A stretch of 64,000 nucleotides of DNA from a bacterium (GCA_037446635.1 JBBIIG010000006.1:10625-74624), one strand, 5' to 3'. Counted from the first letter of the stretch, positions 1 to 7,720 are shown. Notes: generated from the sequence alone by a model not told the origin. Program-made: numbers and translations.

Positions 1-531
1 GCCGCCGTTCAGTTTGCTCCAATCCCGCAAAACCTCGCGCGCGTGATTGAAGGCAAATTTTTCCGGCAGCTTGTGCAAATCGAACCACCGCGCCTCGCGG
101 ATTTCCGATTTCGGGCGGGGCGCGCCGTTCACAATCCGGCAGGAGTAATAAATATTCAACGTCGATTCTTTGGATCCGCCCGCCTGCCGTTCGGCGGGCA
201 GGCCATAAAAATCCATATAAAATCCAATCAATCCTGTCGCCTCGATTTTGACGTTTAATTCTTCAAATACTTCCCGCTTCAAGCCCTCCACTGGGTGTTC
301 CCCGTAATTCAAAAATCCGCCGGGGAAATCCCAAAAATCTTTGAACGGCTCGTGGGCGCGGCGAATCAAAAGCAGGCGGGCGTTTTCCACCAGCACGGCG
401 CCGGCGCACGGCCGCGGCGAGGGATAATAAACGAACCCGCAATCATGGCATACGATGGGCCCATGATTGCGATTTGACGAAAACTGTGCTGTGAGAGAAG
501 CCCCGCACCTCGGACAATATCGGAAAGTCAT
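1..531 (-). CDS. NUDIX hydrolase with N-terminal zinc ribbon (runs off window edge)
   Basis: Manual translation from ATG at 531: MTFRYCPRCG...CHDCGFVYYP...; Nudix box PGGFLNYGEHPVEGLKREVFEELNV; frame open to base 1; not in ORF track. Confidence 0.9.
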   Translation of the reverse strand, partial: MTFRYCPRCGASLTAQFSSNRNHGPIVCHDCGFVYYPSPRPCAGAVLVENARLLLIRRAHEPFKDFWDFPGGFLNYGEHPVEGLKREVFEELNVKIEATGLIGFYMDFYGLPAERQAGGSKESTLNIYYSCRIVNGAPRPKSEIREARWFDLHKLPEKFAFNHAREVLRDWSKLNGG

Positions 532-554
532 TGGAAGCCCACGCCCTTTGTTGA

Positions 555-583
555 ATTATATCCCGTTTTTTTCAAAATGTCAA
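555..583 (-). promoter_or_regulatory. sigma70 promoter for NUDIX gene
   Basis: Perfect TTGACA-N17-TATAAT on minus strand, about 24 nt upstream of the ATG. Confidence 0.8.
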
Positions 584-737
584 GCTGATTGTTGGGAGGG
601 CGCAAAAGCACCGCGCACTTAAAAGTGCGTGGCACTGGAAAGAGTCGCTGATGATTCGATTGGACTTCCGATAAAATGCTTCGCGAGTGACAGGGCAGAG
701 CCCATTCTGTGCGACAAATCCACCGGGGCTTTTGTGC

Positions 738-766
738 TTGCAATAATAGGCTAAATGGTTTATATT
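738..766 (+). promoter_or_regulatory. sigma70-type promoter for NSS transporter operon
   Basis: TTGCAA-N17-TATATT, divergent from the NUDIX promoter. Confidence 0.55.
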
Positions 767-809
767 GCTTTCAATTTTTTGCGGGCTGCTCACAACCACG
801 AGGGAGGAA

Positions 810-2276
810 ATGAGTCAAAAAGAGGTCTTTTCGTCGCGGTGGGCCCTGCTGCTGGCGGCGTTGGGAATGGCCATTGGCACCGGCAACATTTGGCGATTTC
901 CCCGTATTGCCGCGCAAAACGGCGGCGGCGCGTTCATCGTTGCCTGGATTGTTTTTTTATTCTTGTGGTCCCTGCCGTTGTTGATTTCCGAATTTGCAAT
1001 TGGCAAGAAAACCCGCCGCGGGCCAGTGGGCGCGTTTGGCAAATTGTTGGGTGAAAAATTCACCTGGATGGGGTGCTTCGTGGCGTTCTGCTCAACGGCG
1101 ATCATGTTTTACTATTCCGTGGTCACCGGCTGGTGCTTTAAATATTTCGCTGCCGCGGTGAGCGGCGGCCTCGCCGGGGTTGAAACCATGGCTTACTGGA
1201 CGCAATTCACAACCTCGGTTTACGAACCGATCCTGTTTCATCTGCTCGCAATGGGCGTCGGCGCGTTTGTGATTTACCAGGGCGTGGTGCAGGGGATTGA
1301 ACGCGCCAATAAAATTTTAATCCCGTCATTATTTGTGTTGCTGGTTCTCGCCGTTGTGCGAGCGCTGACGTTGCCGGGCGCGGCGAACGGACTGAATTTT
1401 TTGTTTCAACCCGACTGGGGGTCGTTGACGAATTATCGGGTCTGGCTGGAGGCGCTGTCGCAATCGGCGTGGTCCACCGGCGCCGGCTGGGGGTTGATTC
1501 TCACCTACGCGGTTTATTTGAAAGAGAAGGAAGACATCGTTGTCAACTCGTTCGTCACCGTGTTTGGCGATTACTCGGCCTCGCTGTTGGCCGGCCTGGC
1601 GATTTTTCCTGCGGTGTTTGCGCTGGCGCCGGCGCTGGGGCTCGTGCCGGAGGAAGTGATGACCTACACCGGACCCGCCAGCACCGGGCTCACCTTCATT
1701 TGGATTCCACAACTGTTCAAAGGCATGGCTTTCGGCTCGGCTTTTACGGCGATTTTCTTTTTGGCGCTGAGCTTTGCCGCGCTGTCTTCGCTAATCGCGA
1801 TGATTGAGTTGGCCACCCGCATTTTTATGGATGCCGGATTGACCAGAAAACGCGCGCTGCTGATTGTAGCCGCCGGCGGATTTTTGCTCGGAGTTCCTTC
1901 CGCGGTTCACGTCACTTTTTTTGAAAACCAGGACTGGACCTGGGGCGTCGGCTTGATGGTCAGCGGATTTTTTGTGGCGTTTGCGGCCATGAAATTCGGC
2001 CCGGCCAAATTTCGCAGCGAGCTGGTGAACACCGAGGGCAACGATCTCAATGTTGGCCGCTGGTTTGATTTTTTGATCAAATATGTAATCCCGCTGGAGT
2101 TTCTGGTTTTGATAGGCTGGTGGTTCTATCAATCCGTCACCCGCTTCGATGTCGAGGGCTGGTGGAATCCGTTTCATACCTATAGTCTGGGGACGTGCGT
2201 GTTTCAATGGGGTTTAGCGATTGGTGTGTTCCTCATTTTTAACCAATGGATTTATAAAAAGACAGTTGCGAAGTAA
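810..2276 (+). CDS. Sodium-dependent transporter, NSS/SNF family
   Basis: FSSRW...GMAIGTGNIWRFP...NGGGAF motif, many TM segments; ATG 810 follows GGAGG. Confidence 0.95.
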   Translation: MSQKEVFSSRWALLLAALGMAIGTGNIWRFPRIAAQNGGGAFIVAWIVFLFLWSLPLLISEFAIGKKTRRGPVGAFGKLLGEKFTWMGCFVAFCSTAIMFYYSVVTGWCFKYFAAAVSGGLAGVETMAYWTQFTTSVYEPILFHLLAMGVGAFVIYQGVVQGIERANKILIPSLFVLLVLAVVRALTLPGAANGLNFLFQPDWGSLTNYRVWLEALSQSAWSTGAGWGLILTYAVYLKEKEDIVVNSFVTVFGDYSASLLAGLAIFPAVFALAPALGLVPEEVMTYTGPASTGLTFIWIPQLFKGMAFGSAFTAIFFLALSFAALSSLIAMIELATRIFMDAGLTRKRALLIVAAGGFLLGVPSAVHVTFFENQDWTWGVGLMVSGFFVAFAAMKFGPAKFRSELVNTEGNDLNVGRWFDFLIKYVIPLEFLVLIGWWFYQSVTRFDVEGWWNPFHTYSLGTCVFQWGLAIGVFLIFNQWIYKKTVAK

Positions 2277-2291
2277 GTTGGAGATCATTCC

Positions 2292-2405
2292 ATGTCGCTC
2301 ACTTCTATTATAATGATGATTATTGTGCTCTCAGTGATCTGGGGCGGATTTATATTTATGCTGCGGGTTGCCCTGCGCAACGAATCCAAAAAGACGGCAA
2401 AATGA
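2292..2405 (+). CDS. MetS-like small subunit of NSS transporter (37 aa)
   Basis: MSLTSIIMMIIVLSVIWGGFIFMLRVALRNESKKTAK; single TM with WGG motif; GGAG upstream; ATGA overlap with holA. Confidence 0.8.
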   Translation: MSLTSIIMMIIVLSVIWGGFIFMLRVALRNESKKTAK

Positions 2406-3394
2406 CGCACCAGGAATTTGTTAAGCATCTCAATAAAAAAGATTTGTACCCGGCCTATTTTTTGTGCGGAGCGGAGGACTTTTTAATTGAAGACGCCCTT
2501 AACCGGCTGTACAAAAAAATCGTCGATCCCGCGACCCGCGATTTCAATTTCGATCAATTTTGGGGCGGCGAAAGCGATGGCGGGAAGATCGTGGACATCG
2601 CATGCGCCTACCCAATGATGAGCCCCTACCGGATGGTCGTCGTCAAAGACGCCCTCAAGCTGGCGCCCGCCGGGCTGGAGGCGCTCGTGCGCTATTTGGA
2701 AAAACCTTCGGCCACCACCAAATTGGTGCTCACCAGCCCCAAGGCCGATGGCCGCAACAAGCTGGTGGAAAAAATCAAAACCCACACCTGTTTTGTAGAA
2801 TTCAAGCCGCTGTACGATCGGCAGGTGCCGCAATGGATTCGCGAGTACGTGCAGGAAAAGAATTGTTCGATTGCGCCGGAGGCGGCGGCGTTGCTGGCGT
2901 CGTTGGTGGGGAACAATTTGCGGGCGATCGTCAACGAGCTGGAAAAAATTTTCATTAACCTCTCGGGCCGCAATATTTCCGTGGAGGACGTGCGCGCCTA
3001 CGCCAACTTCTCCAAAAATCTGAGCGTGTTCGATTTAACCGACGCCGTCGGCTACAAAGATTTGAGCCGGGCGCTGGCTATTTTAAATTTGATGATCCAA
3101 ACCGGCGAATCGGCCACGGGAATTCTCGTCATGCTTACTCGCCATTTTGTAAATTTGCTCAAATTAAAAGGCGCACACGCGCAAAGGAAGTCTCAAAGCG
3201 AGATGGCGGCGCTCTCCGGCATCCCGCCCTTTTTCATTGAGAAATCGCTGGCAATGGCGGAGAAGTTTGCGCTCACGGAATTTCCCCAGATTTTTGAACG
3301 GATGCTGGAAACGGATCTAGCGCTTAAAACCAGCCAGCAAACGCCTCAGGTGGCGCTGCAGACGCTCATCATCCGCATCATCAAAAATGAGTAG
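2402..3394 (+). CDS. holA: DNA polymerase III subunit delta
   Basis: YFLCGAEDFLI, DFNFD, YPMMS..RMVVVK, NELEK, VFDLTDAVG motifs. Confidence 0.92.
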   Translation: MTHQEFVKHLNKKDLYPAYFLCGAEDFLIEDALNRLYKKIVDPATRDFNFDQFWGGESDGGKIVDIACAYPMMSPYRMVVVKDALKLAPAGLEALVRYLEKPSATTKLVLTSPKADGRNKLVEKIKTHTCFVEFKPLYDRQVPQWIREYVQEKNCSIAPEAAALLASLVGNNLRAIVNELEKIFINLSGRNISVEDVRAYANFSKNLSVFDLTDAVGYKDLSRALAILNLMIQTGESATGILVMLTRHFVNLLKLKGAHAQRKSQSEMAALSGIPPFFIEKSLAMAEKFALTEFPQIFERMLETDLALKTSQQTPQVALQTLIIRIIKNE

Positions 3395-3414
3395 CCGGGC
3401 AAAGCGCCAATTGA

Positions 3415-3440
3415 GGAACCGAATTTATAATAACAAAGTT
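3415..3440 (+). promoter_or_regulatory. Putative ECF sigma promoter (autoregulatory)
   Basis: GGAAC-N18-GTT immediately upstream of the ECF sigma gene. Confidence 0.55.
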
Positions 3441-3454
3441 GAAAAGGGCGGTAG

Positions 3455-4057
3455 TTGCAATACATGTCAACTCGCAAGAGCGGTGAATACCAGCCTTCGG
3501 ACGAAGACCTAATCGAGCGGTTTCAACGAGGCGATCTTTATGCGTTCGATTTGATCGTCAAGCGCTATAAAGATCAATTATTGAATTTCATTTATCGGTT
3601 CGTTGGCAGCCAAGAGGAAGCGGAAGATATCGTGCAGGAGACCTTCCTGCGCGTTTACCGCAAACGCAAAGCCTATAAACGCATCGCGAAATTTTCTACG
3701 TGGATTTACACCATTGCGGGTAATTTAGCCCGTACCGAGCTGCGGCGCCGCAAGCGGCGCAAGCTGTTTTCGGTTACCGACATGGGTTTCGAAGATCGCG
3801 ATTACGAGATCACCGATGACGCCTTGAGTCCGGAGCGGGAAGTTCACGGCGTGATGCAGGAAGAAATCATTCAAAAGGAGATTGAAAAGCTGTCGCCCAA
3901 ATTTCGCGAGGTGATCATCCTGCGGGACATACAGGAACTTTCGTACGAGGAGATCAGTAAGATTATCAAAGTTCCAATCGGCACCGTGAAATCAAGAGTT
4001 AACCGCGCTCGACTTCGACTTCAAGGCAGATTAAAGGATCTCAAGGCAAGAAAATAG
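3455..4057 (+). CDS. ECF RNA polymerase sigma factor (RpoE/SigW-like)
   Basis: AEDIVQETFLRVY, FSTWIYTIAGN, SYEEIS..IGTVKSRVNRAR; start TTG 3455 or ATG 3464. Confidence 0.95.
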   Translation: MQYMSTRKSGEYQPSDEDLIERFQRGDLYAFDLIVKRYKDQLLNFIYRFVGSQEEAEDIVQETFLRVYRKRKAYKRIAKFSTWIYTIAGNLARTELRRRKRRKLFSVTDMGFEDRDYEITDDALSPEREVHGVMQEEIIQKEIEKLSPKFREVIILRDIQELSYEEISKIIKVPIGTVKSRVNRARLRLQGRLKDLKARK

Positions 4058-4123
4058 TTTTGCTTGCGATAGATGATGGTGAAAAGTTATAACCTCTGCT
4101 TAACCTGATCCACGGAGTAGCCT

Positions 4124-4714
4124 ATGGTCCACTGCGAAAAATTTTTGGTGAAGATTTTTGACTACGTTGACAATCTCATCCCCTCCGACAAAAAAAGAGA
4201 AGTCGAAAGCCATGTGAAGGAGTGTTTGAGTTGCCGCGGCATCTTCGACGACGCCAAAGCCCTACGCCAGCAACTGCGCGGGCTGCGGGCGCTCAAAACC
4301 TCCCCCGATTTCGAGACGGTGCTGCGGGCGCGCATTCGCATGGAGAAGAGTCTCAGCCGCCGCGGCGTTTTTAACTGGCCGTTCCGTTTGCCGGTTTATG
4401 CGGTCGCCGGCTCATTAGCCGTGATCACCGCATTTTTTATTTTTACCAACTCTCAAACCATTTTCCGCAGCAACTCAAATCGATCGCCATTCATTTCACA
4501 GACCATCAATGAAAACCCCGCCGCCGGCAACGGCGCCAACCTCGGCTCAACAGTTCGCGAGCGGGTTCGCTATCCCATGGATAAAGTTCCCCTGACGATA
4601 GGCAGAGGCACCCGGCTGGATTCCGACGAGCTGCGGCGCAGCGCGGCTCTCCGACCGGATTCAGCGCGCGCCAACCAGCCGCTTCCTGTTCAAGTCGTCG
4701 AGTTTGAATTCTAA
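4124..4714 (+). CDS. Zinc-binding (ZAS) transmembrane anti-sigma factor
   Basis: HVKECLSC (HxxxCxxC) near N-terminus, single TM helix, directly after ECF sigma. Confidence 0.85.
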   Translation: MVHCEKFLVKIFDYVDNLIPSDKKREVESHVKECLSCRGIFDDAKALRQQLRGLRALKTSPDFETVLRARIRMEKSLSRRGVFNWPFRLPVYAVAGSLAVITAFFIFTNSQTIFRSNSNRSPFISQTINENPAAGNGANLGSTVRERVRYPMDKVPLTIGRGTRLDSDELRRSAALRPDSARANQPLPVQVVEFEF

Positions 4715-4727
4715 TATCTAAAGAATC

Positions 4728-5912
4728 GTGAGTTGTTTTTTAAAACACATTTTTTTGCAAGCCGCCATTACGTTCATTACGGCGAGCGCGGCTTTTTCGG
4801 GGGAGACGCTCAGCAGTTTTCAAAAGGAAATCAACCAGTTGGTGGATTCCTGCAAGGTCTCCGTGGTAACGGTTTCGGCGCGCTTCTCCCGAGAGACCCC
4901 CGTCGAAAAGGAAACCGGGCTGTTTTCCTTTTTTAAATCCGGCGACGCCAAAACGTCGATAACCAACGTGAATGTTGGCACCGGCATCATCTTCGATAAG
5001 CAGGGGCATATTTTGACGCGCAGCAGCATCGTGCTCGGCGCCGAGTCCACCACCGTCACTTTTATTGATGGCAAAGAAAGCCCAGCGCAGTTCATTGGCA
5101 GCGATCCCGAAAGCGGCTTCGCGGTGTTGAAAGTGGCGGACGCCCCTTTGCCGCTGGCGAGGTTGGGAGATTCCGATGGGGTGGCGGCCGGCGCCTGGAT
5201 TTTAGCGATCGGCAATTCTCTCGGCGCATTTCCTTCGGTAACCATGGGCGCGCTCAACGGCATCCGCAGCGACGGTCTGCTTCAAATTACCGCCAATCTC
5301 AATCTTGGCAACAACGGCAGCCCGATCTTCAATTTGAGCGGCGAAGTCGTAGGGCTGGTTGCGGGCCGGCTCACCCCGCCCTATCTCATGCCCGACATGC
5401 TGATTGGCGAAGTTCACTACGAGCTGTTTGTGGCCTATCCCATCAATTGGATTAAAAAAGTAGCCAACGATATCATCGAGTTCAAGCAGGTGCGCCGCGG
5501 CTGGATTGGCGCGTTTGGCAGTTATGGCAGCAACGGCCTGAAAATCAGCCGCATCAAAGAAAAAAGCCCCGCGCAGCAATCCGGTCTTTTAGAAGGCGAT
5601 ATCATCGTGAAGTTTTCGGACAAACCCATCAGCAGCGTTTCGCAATTAGCGCGCTTGGTGGAATATACCGCGCCGGGACAAAGGGTGCCTTTAGAATATA
5701 TTCGAGCTGGGCAGCGGCGAACAGTAGAAATCGAAATTGGCGAAAAAGTGAGCCACAAATCTCCCGCCCCAACGGAAGGCGCCGAGACCATGACGTATTT
5801 TGATTGGCCCAACAGCTACGAAGCGATGGAACGAAATCAAGCCCTCGAGCTGCGCATCGAGCAATTGGAAAAAGAGATCGAAAAATTGAAAAAACAGCTC
5901 GAGTCCAAATAA
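4728..5912 (+). CDS. HtrA/DegP-like trypsin-fold + PDZ protein, catalytic triad absent, C-terminal coiled coil
   Basis: Signal peptide; GTGIIFDKQGHILT, LGDSD, AIGNSLG, VRRGWIG, SPAQQSGLLEGDII (PDZ); triad positions read TRSSI / ESGFAV / GNNGS. Confidence 0.88.
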   Translation: MSCFLKHIFLQAAITFITASAAFSGETLSSFQKEINQLVDSCKVSVVTVSARFSRETPVEKETGLFSFFKSGDAKTSITNVNVGTGIIFDKQGHILTRSSIVLGAESTTVTFIDGKESPAQFIGSDPESGFAVLKVADAPLPLARLGDSDGVAAGAWILAIGNSLGAFPSVTMGALNGIRSDGLLQITANLNLGNNGSPIFNLSGEVVGLVAGRLTPPYLMPDMLIGEVHYELFVAYPINWIKKVANDIIEFKQVRRGWIGAFGSYGSNGLKISRIKEKSPAQQSGLLEGDIIVKFSDKPISSVSQLARLVEYTAPGQRVPLEYIRAGQRRTVEIEIGEKVSHKSPAPTEGAETMTYFDWPNSYEAMERNQALELRIEQLEKEIEKLKKQLESK

Positions 5913-5942
5913 CCTCTCTTTAACAATTCATGAATCCGCCTG

Positions 5943-5966
5943 AACCACCCTGAGAGGTGGTTTTTT
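5943..5966 (+). terminator. Rho-independent terminator
   Basis: AACCACC-ctgaga-GGTGGTT followed by T run. Confidence 0.75.
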
Positions 5967-5967
5967 A

Positions 5968-5995
5968 TTGACAATTTTTATTTATTTTCTAAATT
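5968..5995 (+). promoter_or_regulatory. sigma70-type promoter
   Basis: TTGACA-N16-TAAATT upstream of gene at 6027. Confidence 0.55.
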
Positions 5996-6026
5996 AGGGC
6001 GTGCAATTTTAGAATGAGGAGCGAGC

Positions 6027-6227
6027 ATGGCAAAAGATAGAAGTTTTGCGGCCAAGGTTGCTAAGGCCGCCGGTGGGAAATCCGGCAATCACTGCCCGCA
6101 ATGCGGCGAAGTTTTTAGCACGGTGCAACTGGTGGTTTCGGAAAAATCGGAAGTCTCGAAGTCGTGGAAGTTTAACGACCGCTTTGTGCGGGTGTGCAAG
6201 TGCAACGAAGCCGAAGTTTACGGTTGA
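6027..6227 (+). CDS. 66-aa basic CxxC...CxC protein, possible bL38/DUF4295-like
   Basis: Strong SD GAGGAG; MAKDRSFAAKVAK start; CPQC and CKC; family is an inference. Confidence 0.75.
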   Translation: MAKDRSFAAKVAKAAGGKSGNHCPQCGEVFSTVQLVVSEKSEVSKSWKFNDRFVRVCKCNEAEVYG

Positions 6228-6246
6228 TGAGATCGGAGACGGGAAT

Positions 6247-6522
6247 TTGATCCTCGCGAAAGTCGTCGGCACCGTCTGGGCCACCCGCAAAGATGAAAAG
6301 TTGGTGGGGATGAAACTGCAGATCGTCAAGCCGGTCGATCTGAATTATAAATTGAAAGATGGTTTTTTGGTGGCCGTCGATGCCGTGGGCGCGGGCGTGG
6401 GAGAAATCGTGATTGTGGTTCAGGGCAGCTCGGCGCGGCAAACTTTACTCACTGAAAACAAAGCCGTCGATGCGACGATCATGGCCATCGTTGACAAATT
6501 AGACGTGGAGCCGGAAGCGTGA
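6247..6522 (+). CDS. EutN/CcmL microcompartment vertex (BMC-P) protein
   Basis: LAKVVGTVWATRKD...VAVDAVGAGVGE..GSSAR...DATIMAIVD; TTG start at 6247 after GGAG. Confidence 0.92.
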   Translation: MILAKVVGTVWATRKDEKLVGMKLQIVKPVDLNYKLKDGFLVAVDAVGAGVGEIVIVVQGSSARQTLLTENKAVDATIMAIVDKLDVEPEA

Positions 6523-6800
6523 ATTTAGCAAAAGTCATTGGCACGGTTTGGGCCACCCGCAAAGATGAAAACATGCAAGGCGCGAAGATGCAGATCATCC
6601 AGCCGTTGGATCATCATCAAAAAAATGTTGGAGCGCCGCTGGTGGCGGTGGATACGATCGGCGCCGGGCCGGGCGAAGTAGTTTATTATATCACCGCCCG
6701 CGAAGCCACGATTCCGTACCCCACGAGAATTGCGCCCATTGATGCGGCGATCGTCGGCATCGTCGATTATATTGAAGTGTACGATAAAAACGTTCATTGA
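6519..6800 (+). CDS. EutN/CcmL microcompartment vertex (BMC-P) protein, second paralogue
   Basis: LAKVIGTVWATRKD...VAVDTIGAGPGE...IDAAIVGIVD; GTGA overlap. Confidence 0.92.
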   Translation: MNLAKVIGTVWATRKDENMQGAKMQIIQPLDHHQKNVGAPLVAVDTIGAGPGEVVYYITAREATIPYPTRIAPIDAAIVGIVDYIEVYDKNVH

Positions 6801-6814
6801 AAGTTTGAGTATTT

Positions 6815-7405
6815 GTGCAGAAGTTGGTACTCGCCACCCGCAACCGGGATAAAGTTAGAGAGATTCGCGAGCTTTTGAGTCTTATCAACATTGAAATTTT
6901 GACGCTCGATGAATTTCCCGATGCGCCCGACGTAGTCGAAGATGGCGCGACTCTCGAAGAAAACGCCATTAAAAAGGCGCGCGCGATTGCCGACTTCACT
7001 GGCCTGCCAGCAGTGGCAGACGACACCGGCCTCGAAGTCGATTATTTGAACGGCAAGCCGGGCGTCCATTCGAGCCGCTACGCAGGAGCGGGCGCCAGTT
7101 ACGCGGACAATGTGCAAAAACTGTTGCGAGAGCTGGCCGGGGTTCCGTGGCAAAAACGCCGAGCGAAGTTTCGCTGTGTGGCGGCGCTGTGTACGAAAGC
7201 CGAAACCAGAACAGTGGAAGGCATGTGCGACGGATTGATTACGGAGGCGCCGCGCGGTGAAAGAGGATTTGGTTACGATCCGGTCTTCTACGTTCCCGAA
7301 TTGCATCATACCTTCGCAGAGATGGAGTTAGAGGTTAAAAACAGAATCAGCCACCGCGCACTGGCGTTTAGGAAATTGAAAGAACTAATTGGAAAAGGTG
7401 ATTAA
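6815..7405 (+). CDS. rdgB: Non-canonical purine NTP pyrophosphatase (XTP/dITP, HAM1 family)
   Basis: LATRNRDK, ENAIKKA, ADDTGL, GFGYDP, KNRISHR. Confidence 0.95.
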   Translation: MQKLVLATRNRDKVREIRELLSLINIEILTLDEFPDAPDVVEDGATLEENAIKKARAIADFTGLPAVADDTGLEVDYLNGKPGVHSSRYAGAGASYADNVQKLLRELAGVPWQKRRAKFRCVAALCTKAETRTVEGMCDGLITEAPRGERGFGYDPVFYVPELHHTFAEMELEVKNRISHRALAFRKLKELIGKGD

Positions 7406-7433
7406 TCAAATAGACAATAATCAATTGTCAATT

Positions 7434-7468
7434 TTGCCCACTGCAAACTGCTAACTGCCTACTAACAA
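7434..7468 (+). repeat. Degenerate 7-nt tandem repeat (5 units)
   Basis: ttgccca ctgcaaa ctgctaa ctgccta ctaacaa. Confidence 0.7.
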
Positions 7469-7470
7469 CC

Positions 7471-7530
7471 CGGGGCGTAGCTCAGCCCGGCTAGAGCGCT
7501 TGGTTTGGGACCAAGAAGTCGCAGGTCCGA
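7471..7530 (+). pseudogene. tRNA-Pro(TGG) with 15-nt internal deletion (T loop, 3' T stem, part of acceptor stem)
   Basis: First 56 nt match the tRNA at 7640 except the first anticodon base (TGG at 7506-7508) and one variable-loop base; then GCAGGT joins CCGAC directly. Confidence 0.85.
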
Positions 7531-7540
7531 CTATCTGAAA

Positions 7541-7580
7541 TGGAGTATTGGAGTGATGGATTTCTGGATCACTGGAAATA
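7541..7580 (+). repeat. Degenerate 8-nt tandem repeat (5 units TGGANNNN)
   Basis: tggagtat tggagtga tggatttc tggatcac tggaaata. Confidence 0.7.
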
Positions 7581-7611
7581 ATTGAAAAGGAGTAATTTCC
7601 ACTACCTGTTA

Positions 7612-7639
7612 TTGCCTGCTGCAAACTGCCTACTGGAAA
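7612..7639 (+). repeat. Degenerate 7-nt tandem repeat (4 units)
   Basis: ttgcctg ctgcaaa ctgccta ctggaaa, abutting the tRNA 5' end; same family as 7434-7468. Confidence 0.7.
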
Positions 7640-7714
7640 CGGGGCGTAGCTCAGCCCGGCTAGAGCGCTTGGTTCGGGACCAAGAGGTCGCAGGTTCAAA
7701 TCCTGTCGCCCCGA
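7640..7714 (+). tRNA. tRNA-Pro(CGG)
   Basis: Acceptor CGGGGCG/CGCCCCG, anticodon arm CTTGG-ttCGGga-CCAAG, T loop GGTTCAAATCC; CCA not encoded. Confidence 0.97.
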
Positions 7715-7720
7715 CATTTC

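Noticed and set aside
647..690. CTGATGA with nearby GAAA, suggesting a hammerhead ribozyme
   Set aside because: Order and spacing leave no room for stems I-III
6046..6246. Long N-terminal extension of the first EutN ORF in the track
   Set aside because: Overlaps the 66-aa gene; EutN homology starts at TTG 6247, which has its own SD
7471..7530. Truncated tRNA as an att site of an integrated element, or as a functional T-armless tRNA
   Set aside because: att duplications usually copy the 3' end and no integrase is present; the residual acceptor stem pairs poorly
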